A stretch of DNA of 63,713 nucleotides, the filler included, from Octopus bimaculoides (Eukaryota): assembly GCF_001194135.2 (NCBI RefSeq). It is 5 parts of 5 records of this genome, joined end to end, with 100 filler letters (N's around TTAATTAATTAA, not from the genome) between each part and the next. Parts side by side here need not be neighbours in the genome. Positions count along the whole stretch, not along the records: positions 18,893 to 33,493 come from NC_068984.1; positions 33,594 to 43,883 come from NC_069004.1; 3 more parts are not named here. One strand, written 5' to 3'. Positions 25,510 through 38,912 of the stretch are shown here, one piece after another. The notes beneath the pieces were generated by a model. It had not been told where the DNA came from. It searched no databases and worked only from the letters and a program-made list of their open reading frames with translations. Both the position numbers and the translations under genes were made by a program. Every line of letters starts with the position of its first letter. The first letter of the stretch is position 1.

Positions 25510-26290
25510 ACCATCACACTACTTACTTCTAGATCTGAAATTCTCAGCAAATGTAAGCATATGGGCAAATTCCTTTTAGCGAACTGGAGGACACCAACCT
25601 CTCCACATTGAGTGGCACCCTCGCAGATTTTGGACCCCACTCTATCGAATTATTCTACAACTAGTTTAATGACTTCTGCTGTCGAAGGGGACATATCTCT
25701 AATTTCCTTTCTTTAACTGTTTCTTGCTGCTTCAAGTCTTCAGCCAGGTTGTCTCTGTATTTGAGCCATAGAGAAGCAGGATCACACAGTTCGTATATCT
25801 GTAGTAATACTGCAAAGTGTAGTACGATGGAATGTGTGGATACAGCAAGGTTTGAGCAAATGGATCAATTTGACAAAGCTTGAAGAATGTAGTGAGTGTG
25901 CTATCCCTTGGTTCCTCTGCCAACAGAGAAGCATTAGCATTGGCAAAGTTCACCCTTGGACCGTTTCCAGGTGCACTGCAAGCTGTTGAATGGCAAGGTG
26001 CTGTTGTTGAAGTGGAACGCCAAAGATGCGCTAGAAAGCCTCGTTGCTACTTATGTACCATCCCACCTGATTGTGCGTCACCTCATCCTGGCAGTATTCT
26101 AGTTGAAGTCCAAACATTGCAGCATCAGAACCCTTGTTCACATACTTACAAACGTACATTATGGACTTAAAGGAGTTGTGATGCTCAATGTTGATGTGGG
26201 CATTGAAAGTCTTTGACAAGAGTGGGCAGTAGGGAACAATCCATCTATTATCAAACTCGTACTGTTGATAGTTGCTGTGAAACCACCATC
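25510..26290 (-). mobile_element. Helitron Rep/helicase remnant
   Basis: KTFNAHINIEHHNSFKSIMYVCKYVNKGSD..DEV..YISSNEA..QLAVHLENG..STLTTFFKLCQIDPFAQTLLYPHIPSYYT is the characteristic linker between the Helitron Rep and PIF1 helicase domains. Confidence 0.88.
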
Positions 26291-26540
26291 TTCTGCTTTT
26301 CTCTGTCTGTATGATGTGTGTGTATGTGTATTTGTCTGTCTGTGTTTGTCCTCCCTACCATCACTTGACAACTGATGTTGGTGTGTTTACATCCTTGTAA
26401 CATAGCAGTTTGGCAAAATAGACCAATAAAATAAGTAGTAAGCTTACAAAGAATAAGTCCTGGAGTTGATTTGTTTGACTAAAGGCGGTGCACCAGCATG
26501 GCCACAGTCAGATGACTGAAACGACTAAAGGAATAAAAGA
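26270..26540 (-). repeat. SINE-like repeat, CpG-depleted copy
   Basis: Reverse orientation of the 25090-25400 family with CG to TG/CA changes. Confidence 0.7.
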
Positions 26541-26879
26541 ATATATGTAAATATATATATATAGACACACTCTCTCTATTCTCTATTTTTTCACTTCTCT
26601 CTAACGGTCTTTCTTCTCTCAGACCCTCAACCAATATTATAAATACATACTCCCTCTCTCTCTTTCTCTTCACTTCTCTCTGTCACACCGTCTTTCTTCT
26701 CTTAACCTCTCAGTCTTCCTAAATATATAGACACAAACATTCTCTCTTCCTCTCTTCTCTCAACCTCTCAATCTCTCTAAATATATAGACACACTTTCTT
26801 TCTCTATTTCTTCACTACCCTCCATCACACCGTTAAATTTTAAATAAATAAATAGATAGATAAATTAATAAAATACCCA

Positions 26880-28050
26880 TAAAAATGTCCAGAACCTGGA
26901 GGAGCATGGAATTTGCATTGATTTTGAGAGCCTGGCGCTGTGCTGAAGGAGATAACCCAAACAACATAATCACAGCTGCACTGAAGAGCAATAGTTACAC
27001 CAGAACATTAGCAGAGATACAACGAAAGAAGCAGGAGTTTACACGCTCCTACGCTCTCATATGATCCCATATCAGCACTCTTGATGCCATCTTTGATAAT
27101 GAACACAGCAAAGATGATAAGGATGGAGGCATGGATGCAGATGAAAGATGTCACCCCCACTTGGTAGACACTCAAGAAAACAAAAAAGATTCAAGCGAGA
27201 AACCTGCCCGGAAAGTAAACCCAAGTGCAAGTTGCCCTACCACCATCAAAACGAAAAATCATGGAGGTGAAAGAGCCAAGAAAGAACAACTAAAAGAAGC
27301 AAAAACTAAAACAAAAACAAAAGATGAAACAGCCAAAGAAAGAAGCAAACCTGACTACCCATATAACAAAACGGATAAAAAGAGACAGTACATACGAATG
27401 TGCAAATTTTACTTGAAAGGTGTTTGCTGGCATGGAGAGGAAGGTGCAAGCTGCCATTTTGCACACCAAAGACTCCGCCACATAAACATGAAACAGGGTG
27501 GAAACCACTTGCCAAAAGGAAAGGACTACGCATCATCTGCCCCAAAATGGATGTATGCAGATGTAGTGCATGCTACAAATCAGACCTATCAACATGTTGT
27601 TGAAAGGGCAGCTTCTGAACAACAATCTTTTTTGTGCATGGCACAAAAGATTGTACAGCAGCTAACTTGGCTACATCAATCTCACAGATAGGACTATCCC
27701 CAATACACAAGACCACCACAGCAAATAGACCTAAGGTGGGCACCACTTGCAACAACACACACATCGCATCGGTGCTCTTACTGAACATCAGGACTGTTAA
27801 CACTTAGTAACAAGACAAAAATCTCTTTCTTGAGAGACCCTGTTGCATGCAATCAAGCTTTATGCATAGCACTTATGGAAACACACCTGAAACCAGATAT
27901 AGCAAATGCATAAATACACATACCACAGTATGTTGTATTACGGACTGACAGGAAAGAAAAGAGTTATGGTGGAGTTGCTATGTACATCCGCAAAGACCTC
28001 ACATGCCAGGTCCTTTTGTCACACACAAATTCAGTATGTGACACACTAAT
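26880..28050 (+). mobile_element. 5' part of a CR1/L2/Jockey-group LINE: ORF1 with CCCH finger, then start of the APE endonuclease
   Basis: ORF 27131-27691 contains CKFYLKGVCWHGEEGASCHFAH. Downstream LLNIRTVNT..CIALMETHLKPDI..VLRTDRK..GGVAMYIRKDL is an APE N-terminus; truncated by microsatellite and gap. Confidence 0.8.
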
Positions 28051-28080
28051 GCATATATCATGTACATATATATATATGTG

Positions 28081-28137
<57 letters not shown>

Positions 28138-28909
28138 NNNNNNNNNNNNNNNNNNNNNNNNNNNNNNNNNNNNNNNNNNNNNNNNNNNNNNNNNNNNNNN
28201 NNNNNNNNNNNNNNNNNNNNNNNNNNNNNNNNNNNNNNNNNNNNNNNNNNNNNNNNNNNNNNNNNNNNNNNNNNNNNNNNNNNNNNNNNNNNNNNNNNNN
28301 NNNNNNNNNNNNNNNNNNNNNNNNNNNNNNNNNNNNNNNNNNNNNNNNNNNNNNNNNNNNNNNNNNNNNNNNNNNNNNNNNNNNNNNNNNNNNNNNNNNN
28401 NNNNNNNNNNNNNNNNNNNNNNNNNNNNNNNNNNNNNNNNNNNNNNNNNNNNNNNNNNNNNNNNNNNNNNNNNNNNATATATATATATATATATAATGTA
28501 TATATAATATGTATATAATATATATATACATATATATTTACATACAAACACATATACACAGATGTGTATGTGTTTATATATATATACATACATACACACA
28601 CACACATATATATATATATACATACATACATACACAAACACATCTATTATACACAGATGTATGTGTGTATTTAAATTTGAATATATGTGTGTATATTTGT
28701 GTGAATGAGTAAAGTAACACACCTGGGAATTGAACTTGCATTGTTCAGATTCCTTAGGAATGTTCTACTGATTGCTCTATGACCTTTGCAGTCCCATCAA
28801 TACCCCACACCCATAATCTCACCATGTTCTACTACCTATTCCCATGAACATCATTTAACATTGTCCATGTGTGTGTTGATATAGGGTGTATGCATGCACG
28901 TGTATTTGA

Positions 28910-28940
<31 letters not shown>

Positions 28941-29163
28941 NNNNNNNNNNNNNNNNNNNNNNNNNNNNNNNNNNNNNNNNNNNNNNNNNNNNNNNNNNNN
29001 NNNNNNNNNNNNNNNNNNNNNNNNNNNNNNNNNNNNNNNNNNNNNNNNNNNNNNNNNNNNNNNNNNNNNNNNNNNNNNNNNNNNNNNNNNNNNNNNNNNN
29101 NNNNNNNNNNNNNNNNNNNNNNNNNNNNNNNNNNNNNNNNNNNNNNNNNNNNNNNNNNNNNNN

Positions 29164-29224
<61 letters not shown>

Positions 29225-30189
29225 AAGAGAGAAACAACGTCTTACACAACGAGTTCCAGCAAGGGAATGTTTGACTCCCAAAGTGGTTGCTCAGCTTGCT
29301 AGAAATACAAGTTAAAGGCATATTGGATAATGTATTCACAGGACATGCACAGATATATACACACGCATACATAGATGTGCGCTGACCCATGGTTAAACTA
29401 TAGAGTTTCTTCAGCAGAATGGGTTCTAGAACAACTTGACTGGTTTCACCTGTATTTATTAGCTTCTCAGGGGTGTTTTACTCACAGACGTATATACACT
29501 TGTACACACACACACAGAAACTCTGCCAAATTAGATTGGAGCCTGGTGTTGCCATCCAGTTTCACCAGTCCTCAGTCAAATCGTCCAACCCATGCTAGCA
29601 TGGAAGGCGGACGTTAAACGATGATGATGATGATGATGATGACACACATTCAAATACATAGAAGTTCCTGTACTGTTGATTCTAGTTATTTTCCCAGTTG
29701 TTTTTTTCTCTCTCTCTCTCTTCCCCACCTTCTCCAGAGCAAGCTTGTTTCAAAAAATGTTACTACAGTACAGCCGTCCTTATGCCAAGATTGGTTTGTG
29801 TAGAAATTTTTGTTTCTTTAGAAATATCGCATAAAGAAGAAAAACTAACTGAAAATATGAAAGAAAGAAACAGTTTCAACAGTTGTTGGAGTTCAGGTGA
29901 ACTATATATACAAAATACATTGTATTACTTATTTCATTCTTTCTGCTTGCAAAATGTTTAAAAAAAACAAAAAAACTTTAAGGGTGGACAGGGCTCGAAC
30001 AGGGTGTATGGGATGCCAGAATATTTGTCAGATTGTCATAAGTTTTTGTTGTTGTTGAAATACAACAATTGTGTTTTGTGACCCTGAGTGAATAGGTTCC
30101 TCCTACATTTTGGTTAGTTCCAGATTCTAACTGAACAATGACAACAAAATGGGAATAATAATTTCAAATTTTGGCACAAGGCCAGCAAA

Positions 30190-32420
30190 GGAGGGGAGTG
30201 ACGGGTTTGTCAGCCCCCAAAAGAGAAAAAAAGTAAAACCAAGAGAACATTTACAAAGACCAGCAGCAGAAAGAGAGGATGTCCAAAAAAGGTAGGGAGC
30301 TGCCTAAACTCAAGCATATGCATATAGTAGAGACAGAACCAAGAGAGAGAGAGAGAAAGAATTTAAACAGGAGGCATTCTTAATCTACTATGTAAAGAGT
30401 ATAGAGGTAGAAAGGAGAATATCTAAGTGGAAGGGATTAGAGTAAAGCTGCCCAGGGAGAAATTTAAGGAAAATGAAAGGTGTGTTCTATTGAATGATGA
30501 AAGATATGATGTGTTCATGGATTCATATCATGAATGGGTGACTAAGATTGATGGGCTGGTGTTGTATGATGCCCTGCCACCCGTGGTGGAATATGAAGAG
30601 TTGAGAAATTTTAGACAGAAAATATATATGAACAATATAAAAAAAAAAAAAATTATGAAGATGTGAACATTTTGTTTTTTAAAAAAAGAGGAAAAAACTG
30701 TGCAAAATAATGTCTAAATGTAACCACTCAACTTCGGGGGTCGAATGAGCATTGTAACCCATTTTCTCATTTTCATAATTTCATTTGTTTCCTTTTATTT
30801 TTTCTTCCTTGCTCGATTTCTTTTTGCATTTTTATTTCCCCGATTATATGTTTTGTATTGCCTTTGTAATGTATAACCTCTACATTTAGCCCCTTGTGGG
30901 CAATAAAAAAATCGAAGACGTTGCTGTCTCAGAGTAACAACTTGTTTGTTTGAGCCTCGTCACTTCTGACCACGGTTGGATTGTTGATGGCTTTCTCTTT
31001 GAGACTGTTCATTGTTGAAATTGTTTTATATCATTGCTGAAAATTATTGTTGAAGCAACTCGCACGTAATTGATTTTTGCTGTTGTTTTTTTTTCAGTTT
31101 TTCTCCTGATTGTTGGGGTGAAAAGTTAGCTTTTCATTATGGAAAGCTATGCAAAAGCCACTGCAGTGGGAGCAGCTATGCCGTCGGAAGCAAATCAGAT
31201 GAAAATGAATATGGATGATATAATAAGAAGTGAACAATTTGTGCAAAGAGAGGGAGACAATAAAGCTGGTCCCTCCAGAGGAGACAGTCAATGATAAGAG
31301 CGATAGGACAGTGGTGTATTGCATGCAAGTGGTCACCACCAGTAAAATTGAAATACTATCAGAAGACGATGTGGAGGAATGCTTGGGACTCCTGATGAAA
31401 ACGGCAACTTTCGTAAGCCGGGGGAAAAAGTATGGAATGGTGGAGGTAAGGTTTGTCACCAAAGAAGAGGCAGCCTCACATTCCACCACTGCTTTATGCT
31501 CTGACAAGATGACACTGCTGTCCACATATAGGGGCAGGCACAGTGTTCGGATTGGAATTGAAAGAGTGCCACCGGAAATAAAGACAGAGTGGTTGGTGGC
31601 AGCTGTTGTGGTCCCGCATTGGAACCAGTGGGAAGAACGAGTATGTCAAAATGGTGGGGAAGTGGTGTCGAGATGTGACTTTTTGTCACTTTTGAAGACA
31701 TTGAGAGGATCCCCTACCAAATAGAGATTGTGTGAGAGAGTTCCTTCATAGTAATTGGTGAGGGTTGTCGACCCAATTGTTACAAATGTGGAGTAAGAGG
31801 CCATGTGAGGACACAGTGCCCCAAGCACAAGCCTTCTCAGAGTGAGAAGGCTGTGGAGAAAGACTAAGAAGAAACACAGATTTGTGTACCAACTGAAGCA
31901 ATGAAAGACAGAGATGGCAAAAGCGATAAGGAGTGCGCCAGAGATACAGAGGAAGTGAAGCCGAAGGAAGATGGAGCGAAAGCAACAAAGGAGGGGAGTG
32001 ATGGGTTTGTCAGCCCCAAAAGGAGGAAAAAAGCAAAGTTAAGAGAACTTTTGCTACCAATGTTGAAATTTATTGTTGAAACGATCTGCGAGTAATTGTT
32101 TTTTGCTGTTTTCTCCCCATTGTTGGGGTGAAAAGTTAGCTTTTCATTATGGAAGCTATGCAAAAGCCACTGCAGTGGGAGCAAAGGAGATAAAAATGAA
32201 TATGGATGAAATAATAAAAAGTGAACAATTTGTTCAAAGGGAAGCAGATGGCAATAAAGCTGGTCCCCCCCCCCCACACAGGAAACAGTCAATGATAAGA
32301 GCAATAGGACGGTGGTGTACTGCACTCAAGCGGTCACCACCAATAAAATAGAAATCCTATCAGAAGATGATGTGGAGGAATGTTTAGAATCCCTGATGAA
32401 AGCGGCAAAGATGTAATGCA
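30190..32420 (+). mobile_element. Tandem partial copies of a Tx1/L1-like ORF1 (gag-like, CCHC knuckle) element
   Basis: CYKCGVRGHVRTQC at about 31778-31819. 31090-31400 is repeated at 32090-32410; ggaggggagtga(c/t)gggtttgtcagcccc occurs at about 30190 and 31990; aataaaaaa tail at about 30902. Confidence 0.72.
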
Positions 32421-32539
32421 AAGTTGACTCCAGCTTATTTTGAACTGAGAATGTAAAAAGCCAAAAGAAATGCTGCTAAACATTTTGTTCGACACACAAT
32501 TCTGCCAATTCGCCACCTTCGTGATAATAAGGGTTCCAG

Positions 32540-32900
32540 TTTTTGGCACAAGGCCAGCAATTTTAAGGGAAGGTGAACTTGATTACATCGACCATAATGT
32601 TCAACTTGTACTTATTTTATCGAGTCGGAAAGTATTAAAATCAAAGTCTATCTCAGCGGAATTGTAACATAGAACTGAAAGAGCCAGAAAAAAATGCTCT
32701 AAACATATTGTTCGTCACGGTAACGATTCTGCTAGCTCGCCACCTTCTTTGTGATAATAATAATAATAATTTCTAACAAAGGGTACGAGCCCAGAAATTG
32801 GGAGGGATGTGATAATATCGATCTCAAGACTTGATAGGTAGTTTATTTTATCGATCAGGAAAGAGAATGTCGATTTCGGCGTGCTTTGAACTCAGAATGG
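32540..32900 (-). repeat. Two tRNA-derived SINE copies
   Basis: Same family as 20050-21080; CpGs largely retained. Confidence 0.75.
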
Positions 32901-33687
32901 AAAATTATTTAAATTCTGCTGAGTTCATTGTTTAAGATTTGTAGACACGTGTACGTGTATCACTGTGTGTAAAACATAAACACACACACACAGAGCTAAT
33001 GACGTTTCTTGCGATATGTGCTTAAATATAAAAATGAATGTAAATAACAAATCAAATTTTAAAAAATATATATATTTTTCTTTTTTGAAGAGACAGCTGG
33101 AAGGAAGGTACATAAGTACATGTTAAACACACATACCCTATTTTTAACATTGCATGCTCTGGCTTAAGTATTAGAGAGTTCCTCAATTCACTCAGTTACC
33201 TGAATACTGAAAATAACAGACATATAATTTAATGGTAGATTTCAAAGCTTTTATCTTAAGACATAAGAAATTTAGAAACGACAAAGACAATAAAGCACAC
33301 ATGGCAGAGATGTAAACGGAACCCTCTCCTGCTTAATTTTTGTTTTTTTAATGGAATCCCACGTTTTAGGCTTATAGAGATTCCGATTCTGAAAAAAAGA
33401 ATTTCAAAATCGCAACTTCAATATTTCAATTCTCCTCCTCCCCATTTCTTCATTTTTCACTTTTTCCGAAATACGTAGAAAAATACGGAGATANNNNNNN
33501 NNNNNNNNNNNNNNNNNNNNNNNNNNNNNNNNNNNNNTTAATTAATTAANNNNNNNNNNNNNNNNNNNNNNNNNNNNNNNNNNNNNNNNNNNNATATATA
33601 TATATATATATATATGGATGTATATAATGTTTGTATCTATATTTGTATGCTTAATTCTAATTGTTTGTATTTTTGTGTTTTTTTCAG

Positions 33688-34612
33688 AGACAAAGACAGC
33701 ATATCAGCGACATCACCCTCATTGGAAGCCCAAACTGAGACAGTGTCCACCAGGTGGCGCAACAACAGTGGCAGCAGCATTGGCGCTGAAATCAAATGCA
33801 ACCAGGTGGCCTCACCAATCCAGTGGTCCCCAGTATCTGGACGTAGTGGCAGTTTTTCTGGGGACGATGTGAAATGCAGCTACATGAAGCATCGGAAAGC
33901 AATGAGGTTGAGCATTGACGAGAAAATCCACGAACATCTGGACAGTCGTAGCACCGACCTGGACAAACCAAGCACCGAAAGTGTTTGCGGTGTTGGTGGC
34001 AGTGGTGGTGTTGGAGGTAGCAGTGATGGTAATGTTGTTGGTGTTGGCAGTGGTGCTGAGCTGAAGAAGTGTAATCGGTCCCAGGAGCATGCGATGAGCT
34101 TGCCACTCGTGAACGCCCAGTGCAAAGGGTCATCAAATGAGAACATGAATTGCTGTTCGTCTGTCACAGGCAAGAGTCTGCCAGGGCTGACGGAAGTTGA
34201 GAACGGGGTCGGCGTCGTCGGGGGCAACGGCTGCTATGGTGGCGTTGGGGTGCAGCACCCACTCTGCTCGCTGGCCGCTGCCAAGCCTCTGTCCCTGATG
34301 AATGCCCGCAGTAACCTGAACAGCTGCTGCGCAATGTCCGATGGGTCGGAGGTGTCCGTCCTCCTGGACGGGCGTCTTGTCGTCCCTGTCAGTGGAGCCT
34401 CTACCAGCCGGAACGGCAGTCGTCCAGCTGGATCCAGCGGCACCACTTCTCCTCCCCCTACTACTACTACTACTACTCCTCCTCCTACTACTACCACTAC
34501 TCCTACTGCTGCAGCTACTGAACAGGACTTTGACGGGCCTTCCCGCTGCCTGCGCAGACGCAGCTGCGAACTGGCCCTGGAGCATGGACGGCTTTCTCCG
34601 AAACTAGAATGA
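33688..34612 (+). CDS. Terminal coding exon (about 307 codons) of an unidentified gene; Ser/Gly/Cys-rich, probably disordered C-terminal tail ending RRRSCELALEHGRLSPKLE*
   Basis: Strong acceptor ttttgtgtttttttcag (ends 33687), phase 2. Long GC-rich open frame in AT-rich surroundings, TGA at 34610-34612. No recognisable domain; upstream exons not found (an unsized gap lies at 33494-33593). Confidence 0.75.
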
Positions 34613-35014
34613 CTGGTTGCAATAACTGGGGACATGTGGAGAATTGAGGCCCTTCTGGTGCACTTACAAACATGTGTACATACATACATACATACCTACA
34701 TATAAAAAATATATATATATGCACACACACACATGTTTGTATGATGATGATGATGATGTGTGTTGCATGTGTAATCATGCTCCCTCTTGTTTGTTCTCTC
34801 TCTCTCTCTCTCTCTCTCTGTTACTTTGTCTTGTCTGTCTGTCTCTCTCTTTTACATGTGTGTGTGTGTACACACACACACACACACACCAACACAAATC
34901 TATATTTACCAGTAACACACACACACACACACACACAAACCTGTACTTGGACATTCTCCGTATCCAGACCTCAACTCTCACTCTCACTCGCAACAAAAAA
35001 CAAAACAAATGAAC

Positions 35015-35020
35015 AATAAA
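35015..35020 (+). terminator. Candidate polyadenylation signal AATAAA for the 33688-34612 exon
   Basis: AATAAA about 400 nt after the stop. Confidence 0.3.
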
Positions 35021-35287
35021 AGAATGATGTTGCGAAAGTGGTGGTGGTGGTGGTGGGGGATTGAGGAAATGTGATGATGATGATGATGATGATGCTCAAA
35101 GGGACTGTCACCCGGTGATGGTCATCGCGGAAGGGCATCTTTTCAGCTGACACAACTCTTTGCTATCAGTAATTAATTACAGTTGATTGTTTTGTAGGGT
35201 GACAGAACACAACAACAAGAAGGGAAAAGAATAAAATGTGTGTGTGTATGTATATACATGTATGTGTGTGTGTATGTATGTATGTAT

Positions 35288-35350
<63 letters not shown>

Positions 35351-36159
35351 NNNNNNNNNNNNNNNNNNNNNNNNNNNNNNNNNNNNNNNNNNNNNNNNNN
35401 NNNNNNNNNNNNNNNNNNNNNNNNNNNNNNNNNNNNNNNNNNNNNNNNNNNNNNNNNNNNNNNNNNNNNNNNNNNNNNNNNNNNNNNNNNNNNNNNNNNN
35501 NNNNNNNNNNNNNNNNNNNNNNNNNNNNNNNNNNNNNNNNNNNNNNNNNNNNNNNNNNNNNNNNNNNNNNNNNNNNNNNNNNNNNNNNNNNNNNNNNNNN
35601 NNNNNNNNNNNNNNNNNNNNNNNNNNNNNNNNNNNNNNNNNNNNNNNNNNNNNNNNNNNNNNNNNNNNNNNNNNNNNNNNNNNNNNNNNNNNNNNNNNNN
35701 NNNNNNNNNNNNNNNNNNNNNNNNNNNNNNNNNNNNNNNNNNNNNNNNNNNNNNNNNNNNNNNNNNNNNNNNNNNNNNNNNNNNNNNNNNNNNNNNNNNN
35801 NNNNNNNNNNNNNNNNNNNNNNNNNNNNNNNNNNNNNNNNNNNNNNNNNCCAATCAAATCTTTTTCTCCTCTTAATGTTTCCTTTTTATTCTTTTAGTTG
35901 TTTTGTTTTCCTCCTGAAATATTCAGGTTTAACTTGATTCTTTTATCATTTGTGGTTCTAGTTGTTGTTGTTGTTCTATAGTCACCTGCCACTGGGCTCC
36001 TCTTTCATTTTTCTGCGGTGGGGGTCACTTAAATATTTTAATTCTTAACTAAAATAAAGTACCAGCTATACACTGAGCCAACCCAGTTGATTTTTATGCC
36101 TGTCTGCTTCTCCCACCAGACTATTTCTAGCCTTTTGTCAACATCACCTATTATTAAAA

Positions 36160-38490
36160 GATGGTGAGCTGGCAGAGTTGTCCTCATGCTAGATAAAATG
36201 CTGAGCAGCATTTATTCCAGCTCTCTGCATTCTGAGTTCAAATCCTGTCCAGGTTGACTCTGCCTTTCATCCTTTCGGGGTCAACAAGATAAGGCACCAG
36301 TTGGACACTGAGAGCAATATAATTGACTATTCCCCTCCTTGCCCCTTGAAATTGCAGGCCTTGTGCCTAAATTTGGAACCATTAATGGTGGCAAGCTCAC
36401 AGAATCATATAATGTGCCAGACAGAATATTTGGTGGCTCCTTATGTTGCGAGTTCAAGTCCCACAGAGGTCAACTGTAGCCTTCATTCTTTTGAGGTGAA
36501 TAAAGTAAAGTACCAGTCACATACTGGGGTTCCCTTAAGAATTGCCAGCCTTGTGCCAATATTAGAAGCTTTATTATTGGTAGAACATCGGACCAAATGT
36601 GTTGAGGTTATTTGGTGAGAAACTCCGGAGATTCTTAGTTGAAATCCTGTCAGAGATCAATAAAAGAAGGATCTGTCAAATCCTGATTTCATTTCAAATT
36701 GTGTGATTAAAATTAAAATTTTAAAATTCCATTAAAATTTGTGGCCACGGGATTTAATAAAAACCAGCAAGAATTTGTTCTCCTTACGTTTTTTGAGTTC
36801 AAACTCTGTCGGAGTCAGTTTTGCCATTCGTCCCTCCAGCATCAATGAAATAAAGTACCAATTTAGTACAAGGTCCAATGGTACCAACTACCCCTCCCCC
36901 TCCATCCTCAAAATTGCTGGCCTTGTCTTGAAATTAGAAACGGTTAGATGTGCATTGCATTGATCTGAGTGTTGGATAAAATACTTTGCCCTTTTTTTTT
37001 TCCTGCTGAGTTTCTCTGTCCTGAGTTCAAATCCTGCCTTCCATGCCTGTGCACTCGATAAAGCACTGGGATCAATAGTATTGACTAACCCCACCTTCCC
37101 CCTCAAAATTGCTGGCCTTGTGCCTCAATTAGAGACCGTTGGGGGCAAGGTGCAAATGGAGAGCAAGAATTTTTTGATATGCAAGACCCAAGTTTTGGTT
37201 TCAAATTCCAGTTGGAATTGCTCCAAGACCTTTTGGCAGGTGTAAGGAGCACAACTTTTTTCTTTTCTCTTGGCTATTTTGTAGATTTGCAATAATAATA
37301 ATAATAATAGTTTGATATGGTCACATGACCACAAAATTTGGTGGGATGGAGGAAGCGGTGTGGTTAGTGTAATAAATCTGATATTTTATTGACCCCAGGA
37401 TGATAGAAGTCAAGTTGACTTCACTGCAGTCTGAACTCACTACCTAGATGGTTTCACCGAAATACCACCAGACAGTTTGTCCAATGCTTAACTGGTTCTC
37501 TATTATTTTGTCACTTCTCTTTTTCATATAATTTGTTAATGTGGTGTAATAATAATAATAATAATAATTTCTGATTTAGGCACAAGGTCAGCAATTTTGA
37601 AAGGAAGGAAGTTTGTTGATGCCGTTGACCCAGTAGTCAACTGGTATTTTATTTTATTGACCCCCCCCCCCNNNNNNNNNNAAAAAAAAAAGCAGTAGAG
37701 CCAGAGTTGATCTTGACAGGATTCGAACTTGGAATGCAGCACTGGAAGAAATTCCTCAAAAGCATTTTTGTGATACTCTGAGTCTGCCAGTCCACTACTT
37801 AATAATAACAACAACAACAATAATAATAATAATAATAATAATGATGATCTGTTCTACTCAAAGCACAAGACTTGAATGTTTTGGGGGAAGGGGTAAGTTG
37901 ATTATATTGACCCCATTACTTGATTGGTACTCTGTAACAGTGGTTGGCTGTAGGAAGGACATCAAACTGTAAAAACCCTGCCAAAGGTGAGACAAGAGCT
38001 TGGTGTAGTCTTCTGACTTTCCAACCCATGCCAGCATTGAAAGCGGATGTTAAATAAGGATGAAATTCTGTGTATTTGAACAGAACTATATTAAGAAGGG
38101 AGTTAGGGGTTTGACCCAAATTTCTGCTGGTTGGTTGGTTTATATGTCTGTAGGGAATAAGCATGGAAGGTTATGAGTTTAAGGGAGTAGAGGGTGTAGG
38201 AAAATAGTTTGCTACAGGGGTGTATAAGCTTGTATATTTAAGGGCTTCAACTAAGGGACTGGTAAGAGCCTGTACAACAACTTGGTGCCAGTGAAGAAAT
38301 ACCTCAAAGTAGTTTGGTTCCATTCTGCTATAGTTTTGTCGATCTTCCTTCGATTGGTTTCTTGTTTTCTCTTAACCCCAAGAAGATAAAAGGCAAAGTT
38401 AATCCCAATGTGATTTGAGCTCAGAACATAAAGGTCGTAAGAAACACCACAAGGTATTGTTGTTTTGATTCTGTAACAATTCGACCAATC
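36160..38490. repeat. Dense cluster of CpG-decayed tRNA-derived SINE copies in both orientations
   Basis: Plus copies at about 36160-36370, 36420-36570, 36750-36930 and 36960-37130; minus copies at about 37320-37500, 37570-37800, 37850-37930 and 38360-38490. Confidence 0.8.
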
Positions 38491-38881
38491 AAATGCTTTA
38501 ATGCTTAGGTATGTATGTAACCTCTCCCCCCTCCTGGTAATTTTCTAGATCCACACCACCGCACCCTCATCTTGCTCCACTTCCAAAGCGGTGTTTCACA
38601 TTTTGACATCATCCAGACCAATTTTTCTTCCTCGCCCCACTCCCCTTATTCTCCTTACCCGCAGGCTGACCTCTCCTACCCCCCCCCCATCCCCACCATC
38701 TCTNNNNNNNNNNCTCTCCTACCCCCCCCCCATCCCCACCATCTCTGACAGGTCATCTGTTTGTTCAGGTGGACCTAATCATTAGATGGAAAATACTCAA
38801 TCTCCACAAATGTGGCACCTGGGCCTTCTTCAGTCAGTGTGGTACACAACACCTGTAAAACCACGCAACCAACTATGCAGC

Positions 38882-38912
<31 letters not shown>

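Noticed and set aside
29740-29900. Candidate plus-strand exons upstream of the 33688 exon
   Set aside because: The open frame ends in phase 1, not the required phase 2, and there is no recognisable homology.
33792-34778. Several overlapping ORFs on both strands
   Set aside because: Shadows of the GC-rich plus-strand exon; only the 33614 frame has a splice acceptor and full length.
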